A stretch of DNA of 64,000 nucleotides, taken from positions 356,066,001-356,130,000 of the forward strand of contig OZ024743.1 of the NCBI GenBank assembly GCA_964016885.1, in the 5' to 3' direction. Shown here piece after piece: positions 28,509 through 40,776 of the stretch. This DNA is from Eledone cirrhosa (taxonomy: Eukaryota). Below the pieces are notes generated by a model, which worked only from the letters and a program-made list of their open reading frames with translations, searched no databases and was not told the DNA's origin. Every line of letters starts with the position of its first letter. Position 1 is the stretch's first letter. Both the position numbers and the translations under genes were made by a program.

Positions 28509-29824
28509 TTAACCCCCATGACAATATCTTTAACGAAATACACATTATTTCAATAAATTAATTAAGAATTTTGACAAATTTACTAAAATTATTACTAAGA
28601 TAGATTTCTTTATTAGCCACAAGGGCGCAACAAGAAAGGGGACAATACAAAGACATGCCGGGGATTTTACATACAGTCGTGTAAAAAATATAAAAACAAA
28701 CAATTTCAACAATCGAAATCCCCAACAGGGGGGAGGCGCCACAAATGGGTTGTTTAATACCCCGTCGATAGAACAACCCTCAACTCGAGGAGCGTGTTGT
28801 GCAAGTGCTCCTTTCTTCCTTTTGCTCTCTTCCTCAACCTACAGGCTTATAAACAGAGAAGGCCCAATCACTCGGGCCATTTTCGCTTCATTCACCCACC
28901 TTTCAGTAAATTTACTGGGGTGCAGTGCCTCTCTCTCCACCCTGATTCTCCTTCTAAAGTGATACTTAAAGAAGGGAATCAATTGTTGTCCAGAGAGAAA
29001 GGCATCTGTCCTCAGTCCTCTCAACCTCGTCCACCATATAACTTCTTTCACCATAGCCACCGTACAGAGGAAAACCGCCTCTCTTTCGTTTTTGAAAGAT
29101 TCTGGCGGTTTGATCCTTACTATGGACTCGGCAGTCAACTGGATTTGTCCCATACGCGACAGCAGTTGTTCTGCATAGTTCCACAGGTCGCTTACGCCCG
29201 GGCAGTGTACAATTGCGTGCAGAACTGTTTCAATGTCCTGCGCACATCTTGGACACGTCCTCTTGGAAGGATCCCTGCCAGGGCGTCCGTGCCTGTAGAT
29301 CTTGTCACGAACCGGTAGAGCTCCTCGGTAGCACTGCCAGGCCAGGGACCTCTGGAAGTTGTCCATAGGTCCCGGGCGGAAAGTCCTACCAAACAGACTG
29401 GTGAGCTCATCGTCTTCGACGCCCAGAGTCTCTCCGAGCACGTCGTCGCCCTTGTAACGTACAATCCCTCTATAGAATGTCGAAGTGGAGTCTCCACTGA
29501 TTGCTGCGCCCGCTTTCCAGAGGACTGTGAGCGCCTGAGCGCATTCAATGTGCCAGGCGCCCATCGTTTTCGGTCTTTTCTTCACGCAGGACTGCAGCTC
29601 CGTTAGCGAGACGAGCTGTAGGAAAGCCTGTCTCATAAACGGTGCCTACACCGGTTGGGGGTCGGTGAGGAATACCTGGAGATGCCGCAGATAGTAACTT
29701 GACATGATGCATATATAAGATTTCGTTAGAAGATTTTAATTTAAATAGAAACTATTTAAAATGGGTGGTTTTGTTGTATAGAACCAAAACCAGTTTAGGC
29801 TGGGCTTGGTATCAAAAGGATTAA
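28509..29824. mobile_element. TTAA-flanked MITE family 2 copy, split by an L1/Tx1 insertion
   Basis: Starts TTAACCCC and ends GGTATCAAAAGGATTAA. Both halves align with the copy at 62829-63305. Confidence 0.7.
28604..29688 (-). mobile_element. 5'-truncated L1/Tx1-clade LINE: ORF2 C-terminus with zf-RVT-type motif, plus 3' UTR
   Basis: ORF 28839-29636 contains WQCYRGALPVRDK...CPRCAQDIETVLHAIVHC...LW (CX2CX8HX4C after W..L.. LP). GC-rich against AT-rich flanks. Minus-strand AATAAA at 28609-28614. 6-bp TSD AGATAG at 28598-28603 and 29689-29694. One in-frame TAG just upstream of the ORF. Confidence 0.88.
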
Positions 29825-29859
29825 ATATACAATTATATTTCTGTGACTTTGGCAGAATC

Positions 29860-30052
29860 ATCAGAGCATTAGAGTAAATGCTTTACAGTATTTGTTCTGG
29901 CTCTTTACATTCTGAGCTCAACTCCACCTTTGATCATTTTGAGAGGAGGATTATTGATAAAGTAATGTAGCAGTCAAATACTGATAATGATATAATTAAC
30001 TTAAATCTCTCCCCAAATTGCCACCCTTACATCTAAATTAGAAACCATTATT
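29860..30052 (+). mobile_element. Highly decayed SINE-B copy
   Basis: Ends ...CCCCAAATTGCC...TTAGAAACCATTATT, matching the sense 3' end of the 44011-44230 family. Confidence 0.5.
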
Positions 30053-30807
30053 GTTTTTATTACTTGGACACAAGCTATCCTTTTACAGACAGAATAAACA
30101 ATACTCAGTGTCTTCTTCAAACTATAAACAACTGAAACGAGTGATAAGGAAACCTAACAGTATTCTTTCATAGACTCAGAAGTTACTAACAGCTCCCTCA
30201 AGAATTGATAGCTTATCGGAAATAAATTGAGAACAATGAATATTACCAGGGTAACAACCAGATTCTCCTGTCTTTAGTTTATCCTTTTCTTCTACAATTC
30301 ATTTTCATCTTTCTCCTTCCTTATCTGACTTGGTTACTTCAATATTTACAACACTCCATTTGCATTATAAAGGCTTCCTAAACCTACCTATCATTTTCCA
30401 CAATGGTTCAAGGAAGCTATAACAAGTCTTTGGTATGAAGGAGTTCTACCTGAAACAATCAGTTACTATAGTGTTCATATAGCCATGGTTTTAATTGAAA
30501 GGGGGCAAGTAGATTACTTTTCCTTTTAAAATTATGCTTAATACAGGTATAATATTTTGTTTAGGAGAGGAAGTATAATATAGTATCTGCATTAATTCTT
30601 TTCATATTTGTCTAGACTGTTTTGTTTGTTAGTGTACGTGTGGTGTGTGGTAGAATGTTAAAAGATTTAGTTATAGATAATTAATTTAGGATGCTAAACA
30701 TTCCATTTTTGTAGCTGAGTAATTGTATTTTAAGCAATAGGACTTGGTTGGTTTTATTGTATTTACTTTTATTTTGATGCCAGATGGATTTAGTAAAGAA
30801 AAGAATT

Positions 30808-30851
<44 letters not shown>

Positions 30852-30858
30852 CACACAT
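30808..30858. repeat. (CA)n microsatellite
   Basis: Direct reading. Confidence 0.95.
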
Positions 30859-31006
30859 AATTGCATAAGAGTGTTGTTTATCCTAGTTGTTACATTGTAA
30901 CTTCTTGAAGATAAGCAGGTCCTAGTGATCCAAAGCACTACACGCCAGTAGTTTATCCCAGGTAGATGATAATGAGTGACGGAATATTCATTTATCAAAT
31001 AACTGT

Positions 31007-31319
31007 AGTTAAGACAGGATTAATTTACCATAATTGTTTATTGCATGATACATATTTCTGTTACATGGTTATTCATGTGACTTTGTCAGATTCTTACGCA
31101 ATTATAGGTGCAGTTATGCAATCATTGTGATATGCTAGTGGCCATGCACGTCTATCCTGTAGTGAAGTGGATAGATGTGCATGGCCACTAGCATATCACA
31201 AAGATTGCATAACTGCACCTATAATTGCGTAAGAATCTGACAAAGTCACATGAATAACCATGTAACAGAAATATGTATCATGCAATAAACAATTATGATG
31301 AATTAATCCTGTCTTAACT
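31007..31319. repeat. Near-perfect inverted repeat: 151-bp arms with an 11-nt loop
   Basis: 31007-31157 is the reverse complement of 31169-31319 with 4 mismatches counted by eye. Loop is TGTAGTGAAGT. Confidence 0.95.
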
Positions 31320-31347
31320 TCCATCATTTGACATATAAAGTATATAT

Positions 31348-31799
31348 CATCATCATCATCGCCGTTTTACATCCGTTCTTCCACGCTAGCATGGGTTAGA
31401 CGGGTTGTCCTGTTGTGTGCAGTGTTCGGTCGGCTGACCTTATCTTGCTCATATGGGAACTAATTCAGGCTTGATTTCAGGCTTGATTTCTACAGCTGGA
31501 TGCCCTTCCTAACACCAACCTCATTTACAGTGAGTGCTGGGTGCTTTTTTTCTGTGGCGCCTACACATCCACTTTACAGTGTGGGCTGGGTGCTTTTTCG
31601 CCGTGGCACCTCCACGACCGCTTTGCAGTGGAATGATAGGGACCCCAGTCTCTATCATCTCATTTCTACAGCTGAGTAAATTGGAGCAATGTGAAATAAA
31701 GTGTCTTGCTCAAGGAAACAACACATCACCCGGTCCGAGAATCAAACTCACAACCTTTCGATTGCAAGCCCAATGCTCTAACCACTGAGCCATGTGCCT
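31348..31799 (-). mobile_element. Full-length tRNA-derived SINE-A with RTE-type 3' tail and (GAT)n end
   Basis: Minus strand: A-box TGGCTCAGTGG, B-box GAGTTTGATTCT, central TCCTTGAGCAAGACACTT, two internal ~50-bp repeats, tail CCCATGCTAGCGTGGAAGAACGGATGT...(GAT)n. Confidence 0.88.
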
Positions 31800-32269
31800 A
31801 TGATGTAAGTCTGTGGTACTGGGACTAGGCAGACCACAAATCAAAGAAGTACTCGATACATGGTATGATGCAGAGTGGCTATATTAGTGAAAGTAGAGGA
31901 TCTACTGCAAGCTTGGTGGTTTCGGCTAATTAATTATCTCTTCTTGAAGTTGTGTGTGTGTTTAGGTCACTAGCTCTGATTAAGTACTCAATTTGTGATG
32001 GCCCATTTAACCCTCACTAGCAGGGAAAATGGACATTAAATAATGATGAAGATTTATATTTCTTAATCACCCACCTGTACCTGCATCTGTGTACCATATT
32101 TTTACGTGTGCAATAAGAAATTTTGAACTAAAATTATGGTAAAAGGGGGCAGGGTACCATACAAGGGTTTGGAAATTTTTGGTAAGCTTAAAAATATTCT
32201 TTTTAAATGGCACGATTGCAAATATGTGTGTTGATAACATTACATATATCACAGGATTTATTGAGGTGT

Positions 32270-32474
32270 TTAGCCCTTTAGCATTTAAACCGGCTGTAAC
32301 CGGCCAGAATTCTTTCACCTCTTTCTGTTCAAACTGGCTATAACCAGTTGCTCATACTTATGTTAAGGTATTGTTTCATAGATTTGATATTATATGAGAT
32401 AATTATGTGAGATAAAGTGTGAACCATGAAAATACAATAGTAAATATAGAGTAATGTAAATTCTAAAGGGTTGA
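32270..32474 (+). mobile_element. TTAA-flanked piggyBac-type MITE family 1 (decayed ends)
   Basis: TTAGCCCTTTAGCATTTA...TAAATTCTAAAGGGTTGA; aligns to 56999-57214. Confidence 0.8.
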
Positions 32475-32973
32475 GGCGTTTTGAAGTTTGAAAATGCAGA
32501 AAATAGCTGTAACAAAAAAGCTAAAAAAAAGGTGGCCAGCAACTGCTGTTCTGTAACAGCTGATGGTCACTTTTTCTGTCCCTAATGGTATTTTACCTGA
32601 TTTTTTTTCAAGTTTTTATAATAGAGATCACTGTTGTTACAGTTATTTTCTGCTTTGGGATTCCCACACTTTCAAATGTGTGTGTGTGTATTTGAATACA
32701 CATGTTTTTTTTTTCTTGTCCCTCCCTGTTCCTTCCTTTTCTAACTCTCTATTTTATCTTTTATTTGTCATTCTATTTACTGATAAAGGACTAGTGTCTG
32801 AAATGTTAAAACTGTCTTCCTATCATTTCAGTCATTAAACTAATATATATATTTTCATCCTACCATGTTGTTTGCATTGTTATTTCTGTTTACTTTTTAC
32901 ACACACACATACATATAGCCTTTGCTAACAGAGAAAATGGACATTAAAATGATGATGATGACATATATATAAA

Positions 32974-32994
32974 TCTCTCTCTCTCTCTCTCTCC

Positions 32995-33046
<52 letters not shown>
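32974..33046. repeat. (TC)n(TA)n compound microsatellite
   Basis: Direct reading. Confidence 0.95.
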
Positions 33047-33049
<3 letters not shown>

Positions 33050-33652
33050 TAAAGTGGTCCTTCATCAGTGATCTTCCAACCATCATCGGCATTTCTTCGC
33101 TTTAAAGGCCATATACCTCCGGTTGGTGCGAGCAACGGCTAAAGAAAGTCGTTGGGACACGTAAATAAAGGGAACAGCGAGAGGGTAAACAAACAAAGAT
33201 GGTGAAGCAACGAAAAGTGAGGAAGAGCGAGTCAAGTCCAAAAATTTCGGTGAAATCGTGAACGAGAGAGAATAAAGACCATCAAACCTGGTTGAAATGT
33301 GAGCAAGGAAGGAATTTCGCACAGGTCTAACGGGAGGAAGAAGGGGTCTAGTCTGTGAATTCGGTAAACATAAGTTCTGGGAAATCGTAGACGAGAGAGA
33401 GAAAAAATTCCGACCGGCCTGGCCAAGCGTGCGAAAGAAAAGAATTACGCACAGGTCAAACGGGAAGAAGGAGGAGGAGGAGAGGTAGTAACAGAGAGTG
33501 AGTGAGTGAAGGGTGAGGAAGAGGCTAACAGAGAGAGTGACTGTTAGAGAGGGTAAAGATACAGAGAAAGAGGAAGCAGTAAGAACGAAATAGACGGGTC
33601 ACAGCGGGGGAAAAAAATATGTGTAAATATGAGAATAAACGTGCTGCGGAGT
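33047..33652. mobile_element. Unclassified CpG-rich, purine-rich element inserted in (TA)n
   Basis: Bounded by (TA)n on both sides. The 5' part is homologous to 60450-60630 (TCATCAGTGAT; CATATACCTC..GTTGGTGC). Internal ~32-bp direct repeat at 33310 and 33440. Confidence 0.55.
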
Positions 33653-33714
33653 ATATATATATATATAGAAAATGGACATTAAAATGATGATGATGATGAC
33701 ATATATATAAATCT

Positions 33715-33846
<132 letters not shown>

Positions 33847-33999
33847 GTAATAATAATAATAATAAATGTGAAGACTAAAATCCGAAGAGGGCTCGATAAG
33901 GATAATATATATATATAATATATAAAACCGTAGAGCAAATATTTATTAAAATAACAGATTAAAGTTTAAGCAAAGAATTGCTGTTTGCATACATACTCA

Positions 34000-36851
34000 A
34001 TGGAGGCCATGGGGTTGGCACAAGAAATGAAGAAGGATTCAGTCTTCTAGAATTCTGCGATGCCAATGACATGTCGATATGTAACACAAACTTCAAAAAA
34101 CCCGACAACCACCTGATCACCTATAGATCAGGGGAGCATTCTAGTCAGATATATTTTATCCTCATCAGAGGACGTGACAGATGGACGATCGTAAACACAA
34201 AAGCCTTCCCTAGTGAGGAATGTACCTCCCAACATAGCTTAGTTGTCAGTGACTTCACGGTCAGAACTAGACGAACCTGGAAACAGAGGCCAACCTGGAG
34301 AAGAAAAATCTGGAAGCTGAAAGACCCCTCAGCCAGTAACAGATTTAAAGATATTTTACTCAATGCCTACGACAGTAAAGAAGAACAGATAGAGACATTC
34401 AATGTAGAAGAGCACTGGGAGGTCCTAAAAAATAACTTACTAGAGGCGACGGATGAGATCTGTGGCTGGAGTAAGATCACAAGTAGGAGGAGAGTGACTT
34501 GGTGGTGGAACAATAAGGTAGATGAGGCAGTTAAGGCCAAGAGACAGGCATGGAAAGAATGGAAGAATGGGGGAAGTAGGGTACATTACATAGAGACCAA
34601 GAGGGAAGCTAGGCGACAAGTATACTTAGCTAGGAGGGAAGCAGAGGATAGAAAATTCAAGCATGTTTTGCAACGTGAGGACCAGAAACAGGTGTTCAAG
34701 ATTGCGAGGCAGTGTGTCAGAGAGAATTGTGATGTCATTGGAGAGAAGTGTATCCGGAATGATAAAGGTGAGTTTGCCCTCACAAGTGCTGAGAAGAAAG
34801 ATGCATGGAAGAGCCATTATGATAGATTACTATATGAGGAGAATGCATGGGAAGAAGAGACCCTACCCCAAGTAGACCCTATAGAGGGGCCAGCAGTACA
34901 AGTCAGCAGCGTAGTAAGGCAATCAATGATATGAAGATGGGGAAGGCAAGCGGTCCATCGGGTATAGCTGCCGAGATGCTGGAGGCATCTGGGTCTGTAG
35001 GTCACACTATAACCACACGTATTGTTAACCAGGTAATACTAGAAGGTGTCATACCAAAAGATTGATGCAGTAACATCATTGTCAACTGCTACAAAGGTAA
35101 AGGTGAAGAACTAGATAGAGGAAACTATAGAGGTATAAAGCTGATGGACCAGGTCATGAAAGTAACAGAAAGAGTTATAGCCCAGTTGATTAGGGACTGG
35201 GTGAAACTAGATGAGATGCAATTTGGGTTTGTACCAGGAAGAGGCACCACTTATGCCCCCTTTCTTGTGAGGCAGTTACAGGAAAAGTACCTAGCTAAAA
35301 GTAAGCCACTCTACCTGGCATTCGTTGATCTCGAGAAAGCCTTTGACAGAGTTCCACGTGCTATAATCTGGTGGGCTCTTAGAAAACTAGGAGTAGATGA
35401 ATGGCTTGTGAAAGCTGTACAAGCCATGTATAGGGGAGCAGTCAGCAAAGTTAGGATTAGCAATGAGTATAGCAAGGAATTTAGCGTACAGGTTGGTGTC
35501 CACCAGGGCTCTGTTCTTAGCCCTCTCCTGTTCATCATAGTCCTGCAGGCAATAACGGAGGAGTTTAGACCGGATACCCATGGGAACTCCTGTATGCTGA
35601 TGACCTCGCACTTATAGCTGAATCTATGGTACAACTAGAGAATAAATTCCAAACTTGGAAGCAGGGACTAGAAAGAAAGGGTCTCAAAGTCAACATGACA
35701 AAGACTAAGGTCCTTGTAAGTAGACTAGAAAACAGAACCCAGATCCCCTCAGGGAAATGGCCTTGCTCAGAATGTAGGAAAGGTGTAGGTAGGAACTACA
35801 TTTTCTGCCCCAAATGCGAACAATGGGTACACAAGAGATGTAGCGGGATCTCAGGAAGCTTAATTAAGAATGTAGGCTTCACATGTAGCAGCTCTGCTGG
35901 GAAAGTAAGCAGCAAACAGCCACCACCAATCTCTGGGAGGGCTCTGTAGAAACAGTAGACAGCTTCTGCTACCTAGGTGACCGAATTAGCAGCGGAGGTG
36001 AGTGTTCAGAAAGTACAATAACTAGGCTATGAACGGGATGGAAGAAGTTCAGGCAACTACTGCCACTGCTAGCTGCAAAAGGCTTTTCCCTCAAAATGAA
36101 AGGCAGACTGTATGATGCGTGTATACGAACAGCAATGTTACATGGTAGTGACACCTGGGCGCTGAAGGTGGAAGACTTACGTAGATTAGAAAGAAACGAA
36201 GCCTGCATGCTCCGATGGATGTGTAATAGTAATATACGCGAACGGCATAGCATAAATGAATTGAGAGAGAGACTGAGCATAAGAGGAATTAAATGCTATG
36301 TGCATGAGAGGTGGTTGCGTTGGTATGGACATGTGATGCGTATGAAGGATGACAGCTGATTAAAAAGGTGCAGAGCACTGGAAGTCAATGGAAACCGCGG
36401 AGTGGGGAAACCCAAGAAGACCTGGGATGAGGTGATAAAAGCCGACCTTACCCAATTACACCTCTCAAAGGCGATGACACACGACCGTGACCTCTGGCGT
36501 CACGCAGTAATACAGAGTACCCGACCTCCCATGGGTACAAGCTGAAACATATAGACAATATGCCCCCACACCATCCCACTGCAAAGTGGTCGTGGAGGTG
36601 CCACGGCAAAAAAGCACCCAGCCCACACTGCAATGTGGACGTGTAGGCACCACGGAAAAAAAAGCACCCAGCACTTACTGTAAATGAGGTTGGTGTTAGG
36701 AAGGGCATCCAGCTGTAGAAATCAAGCCAAAATCAGTTCCTGTATGAGCAAGGCATGGTCAGTCGACCAGACACTGCTCACAACAGGACAACCCGTCTAA
36801 CCCATGCTAGCATGGAAGAACGGACGTAAGACGGTGATGATGATGATGATG
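34000..36851 (+). mobile_element. 5'-truncated RTE-clade LINE (partial APE endonuclease, RT, PHD-like motif, C-terminus, 3' UTR), inactivated by stops and frameshifts
   Basis: GTRNEEG..LLEFC, SQHSLV (APE end); NYRGIKL, QFGFVPGRGT, FVDLEKAFDRV, GVHQGSVLSPLLF; YADD at 35593-35604; CSECRKGV..CPKC.WVHKRC; LRWYGHVMR; GKPKKTW; (GAT)n tail. Probable 11-bp TSD ATACATAC(T/A)CA at 33989-33999 and 36852-36862. Confidence 0.95.
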
Positions 36852-36871
36852 ATACATACACATATATATAT

Positions 36872-37531
36872 ATGATGGCTGCCCCCTCGTTATCGAGTAT
36901 GGCCATTGCACGAAAAAAAAAAATATATACAACAACAACAACAACAACAACATACATATACACACACGCACACACACACACACAAACACACCTACACACA
37001 CACACACGATAGCAACTAACAGCGCTGCGATCGAATGTGGCTTTTTAGCCCAGCCAATGATCTAAAATGTCTTGCACAGAGTCGGCAACCAAAACATTCA
37101 CTGGGAATAGTCGGCTGTGGTTGGAGTTTGTGTACTTTTGCATGTCGCTTGAGCCCTCCTGCTGATTTACATTCTCTACCACATGTTTGGCAAGCATGAT
37201 GAGTAGCAACTCCAACAGCAGCCTGGTAGTCAACCACTGGTCTTACTTTATGACTGCGAAGATGACTTTCGAGTCCAGCTTTGCTTAGGCAGAGTCTCGC
37301 ACAGACGCTGCATGTCAGCACCATAGGAGGACCCTCGCCGTCTGGAAATGCAACCTCAATGCCCTTCCTAACATCCCGCTTTACTTTCTCATATGCGATT
37401 CGAGATGCCTCAAAGGCAACTTTTCCCTCATCTTTCTCTATTTATTACGATCAGCAGCAATATTTTCCCATGTATCAGCAGAGATGTTAGCGTCTTTCAA
37501 AGAGGCTTTCAAGGAATCCTTATACCTCTTT
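36872..37531 (-). mobile_element. 3' end of a second RTE-clade (BovB-like) LINE with three C-terminal C2H2 zinc fingers
   Basis: KRYKDSLKASLK...WENIAADR (typical RTE C-terminus) runs into ORF 37016-37324 with CSVC..GLESHLRSH, CQTC..GLKRHAKVH and CRLC..GLKSHIRS. 3' stem-loop CTCGATAACGAG near 36886-36897. Lies tail-to-tail with the preceding LINE. Confidence 0.85.
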
Positions 37532-38239
37532 ATATATATATATACATACATACATACACATATATATATATATACATACATACACAGATAGATAAATAAA
37601 GACAGAAAACAGGGTTGACAGAATGCCAATTCCTGCTATGAAGGAAAGCATTTAGAACATTTGATTCCACGAATTCATGAATCTAAATATAATTTTTACA
37701 ATCTTCTTTTTTGACAGATCAAAGCGTTTGGTTTGTGTGACAGACAAAAAGTCTGTACAATTATTATAATAGTGGTTTTTTTTTTTTTTTTTTGGTCATG
37801 CCTTCAGTGCATAGGACACAGGGAAATTTGGGGTTAAAAACATGTACCTTATACACCAACAAAATAAAGTAATTTCATGAGTAGATAACTCAGTTGATAA
37901 CTGATAAAGGATTCATCCTTAGTTAGTGGACCTGTAAAGGTCACAGACACAACCCCTTCCTCTTAACAAACAAAAATTTAAATTATCTTTTTTTTTTTTA
38001 ACTTTATATAAATGGTTCTTTTTTCTTTATCTCCCTCTCTCACTCCCTTTCTTTCCCTTCTCTTATCCTTTCCCTCTCTCAATGTTGCTCTCATTAGGAT
38101 TTATCAATATTGTTATTTGGGGGGGGGGGGGGGAGTGAGGGGGTCAATTCAATCAAATGTAAATACACACTTACAAAGTTGTGGTCTAGCTTCAATTAGA
38201 GTAATTATTAATGTTTCTGTTATTAGTAATGATGCTGTT

Positions 38240-38240
<1 letters not shown>

Positions 38241-38283
<43 letters not shown>
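38241..38283. repeat. (GTA)n microsatellite
   Basis: Direct reading. Confidence 0.95.
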
Positions 38284-38284
<1 letters not shown>

Positions 38285-38337
38285 CCACCATATATCAGTC
38301 TGGCAGTAGCCATAATACAGCTATTGTCTTACTGTTA

Positions 38338-38545
38338 TCATCATCCTCATCATCACCGTCATCATCATCATTATCATTACCACCATCACAATGATCATCA
38401 TCATTATCAACATTAATGCCAGCATCAATAATTCCAATATAGCTTAACATCCATAACATCACCATCATCACTACCACCATCATCAAAATTATCAACACTG
38501 ACATCACAATCCTGAAAACTATCATAGCACTATCAGCATCACAAA
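38338..38545. repeat. Degenerate (CAT)n-rich low-complexity tract
   Basis: Direct reading. Confidence 0.8.
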
Positions 38546-38559
38546 CTTTAATATAACAA

Positions 38560-39886
38560 ACACTACTACCACAACTACCTACACTACTACCTCAACCACC
38601 TACACTACTACCACAACCACCTACACTACTACCACAACCCCCACAACCACCTACACCACGACCACCTACATTACTACCACAACCACCAAGACTACTACCA
38701 CAACTACCTACACTACTATCACAACCACCCACACTACTACCACAACTACCTACACTACTATCACAACCACCCACACTACTACCACAACCATCTACACTAC
38801 TACCACAACCACCTACACTACTACCACAACCACCTACACTACTACCACAACCACCAACACTGCTACCACCAACACAACAACCACCCCAACCACCAACACC
38901 ACTACCACCTACACTACTACCACAACCACCAAGACTACTACCACAACTACCTACACTACTATCACAACCACCTACACTGCTACCACAACCACCACAACCT
39001 ACACTACTACCACAACCACCAACACCACTACAACAACCATCTACACTACTACCACAACCACCAACACCACTACAACAACCACCACTACCATCTACACTAC
39101 TACCACAACCACCACCACCTACACCACCAGCACTACTACCACAACCACCACAACCACCTGCACTACTACCACAACCATCAACACCACTACAACAACCACC
39201 TACACTACTATCACAACCACCACCAACACCACTACCACCTACACCACAACCACCACAACCACATACACTACTATCACAACCACCAACACCACTACAACAA
39301 CCACCACAACCACCAACACCACTACCACCTACACCACAACCACAACCACCTACACTACTACCACAACCACCACATACACCACTACCACAACCACCTACAC
39401 TACTACCACAACCACCACATACACCACTACCACATACACTACTACCACAACCACCACAACCACCTACACCACAACTACATACACTACTACCACAACCACC
39501 TACACCACAACCACCTACACTACTACCACAACCACCACATACACCACAACCACATACACTACTACAACAACCACCACAACCACCAACACCACAACCACAA
39601 CCACCTACACTACTACCACAACCACCACATACACCACAACCACATACACTATCACAACCACCAACACCACTACAACAACCACCACAACCACCTACACCAC
39701 AACAACAACCACCTACACTACTACCACAACCACCACATACACCACAACCACATACACTACTACCACAACCACATACACTACTACCACAACCACCACAACC
39801 ACCTACACCACAACCACCTACACTACTACCACAACCACCACAACCACAACCACATACACTACTACCACAACCACCTACACCACCAT
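38560..39886. repeat. C/A-rich minisatellite, core unit about CCACAACCACCTACACTACTA (21 bp) with triplet-module variants
   Basis: About 1.3 kb of tandem variants built from ACC/ACA/ACT triplets; almost no G on the + strand. Confidence 0.93.
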
Positions 39887-40776
39887 CATGATAAAAAAAC
39901 TAAGAGAATGATTTATCTCTGTGTCATTTTGAACTCTGCAATGGAAAGAGATGAAAAATTCATAAATGGGTGAAGAGGAGAGGGTGGGTAGGTGTGTGTG
40001 TGTGTGTGGAGGGGGGGGGGTATGAACAGCAGAGGAGGAGGGGAGGTTACCGAAATGGGGAAGGTGGATAAAAAGACAAAGAAACAAAAGAAAGAAAAAC
40101 AACGAAACAAACACACACTCCTGGAACATTTATCAAAGCTTCACTTAAATAAATACACAAGCAATCAAAACAACAACAAAAACGGAACATATAAAAAGAA
40201 AGAAAGGGGGGAGGGAGAGAAAGGAAGAAAGAGAAACGAGAAGGTCGAGGGTGGGTGAGAAATGTATGCATACAGGGGATGAGGTGAGAGTGTGAAGGGG
40301 AGGATGAGGAGTAGGAGAAGGGTATAGTACATATTGGAGGGTGGTCTATAGTGCCATTGTTGTTGGAACTGCCTCAGATTCCGACATGCGAATAATAGCT
40401 AATTATTGACCAAAAACAAAAGGAAAAGGAGAAAACCAAAACAAAAGAGAGAGAGAGATAGAGAGAGGAGGAAGGGATAAACAATCGAATTAATCATATT
40501 TACATATAAGTAGCTTAGAGGGGAGAGGTCGTAGAGAGGGAGAAGCTATTTTTTGAAGACTGGCTGGCTGGAGGTGATGAACTAAAGTGATATTTGCAAA
40601 AGGGTGAGGAGATTCTTGTGGAAAGAATGCTTGAAGTTGCTAGAAAGCTAAAAAGCATTATCTATATGGCTTAACACTTCAGACACACATATACATAGCA
40701 GATCATGATGAGGGTTTGTTACTCAGGGTGGATGGGCACAAATGGGTGGGAAAGGCTCATTTTTTACTTGGGTTGT

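Noticed and set aside
37016-37324. Host C2H2 zinc-finger transcription factor gene
   Set aside because: It is contiguous with an RTE C-terminal motif and an RTE-like 3' stem-loop, and has no TGEKP linkers.
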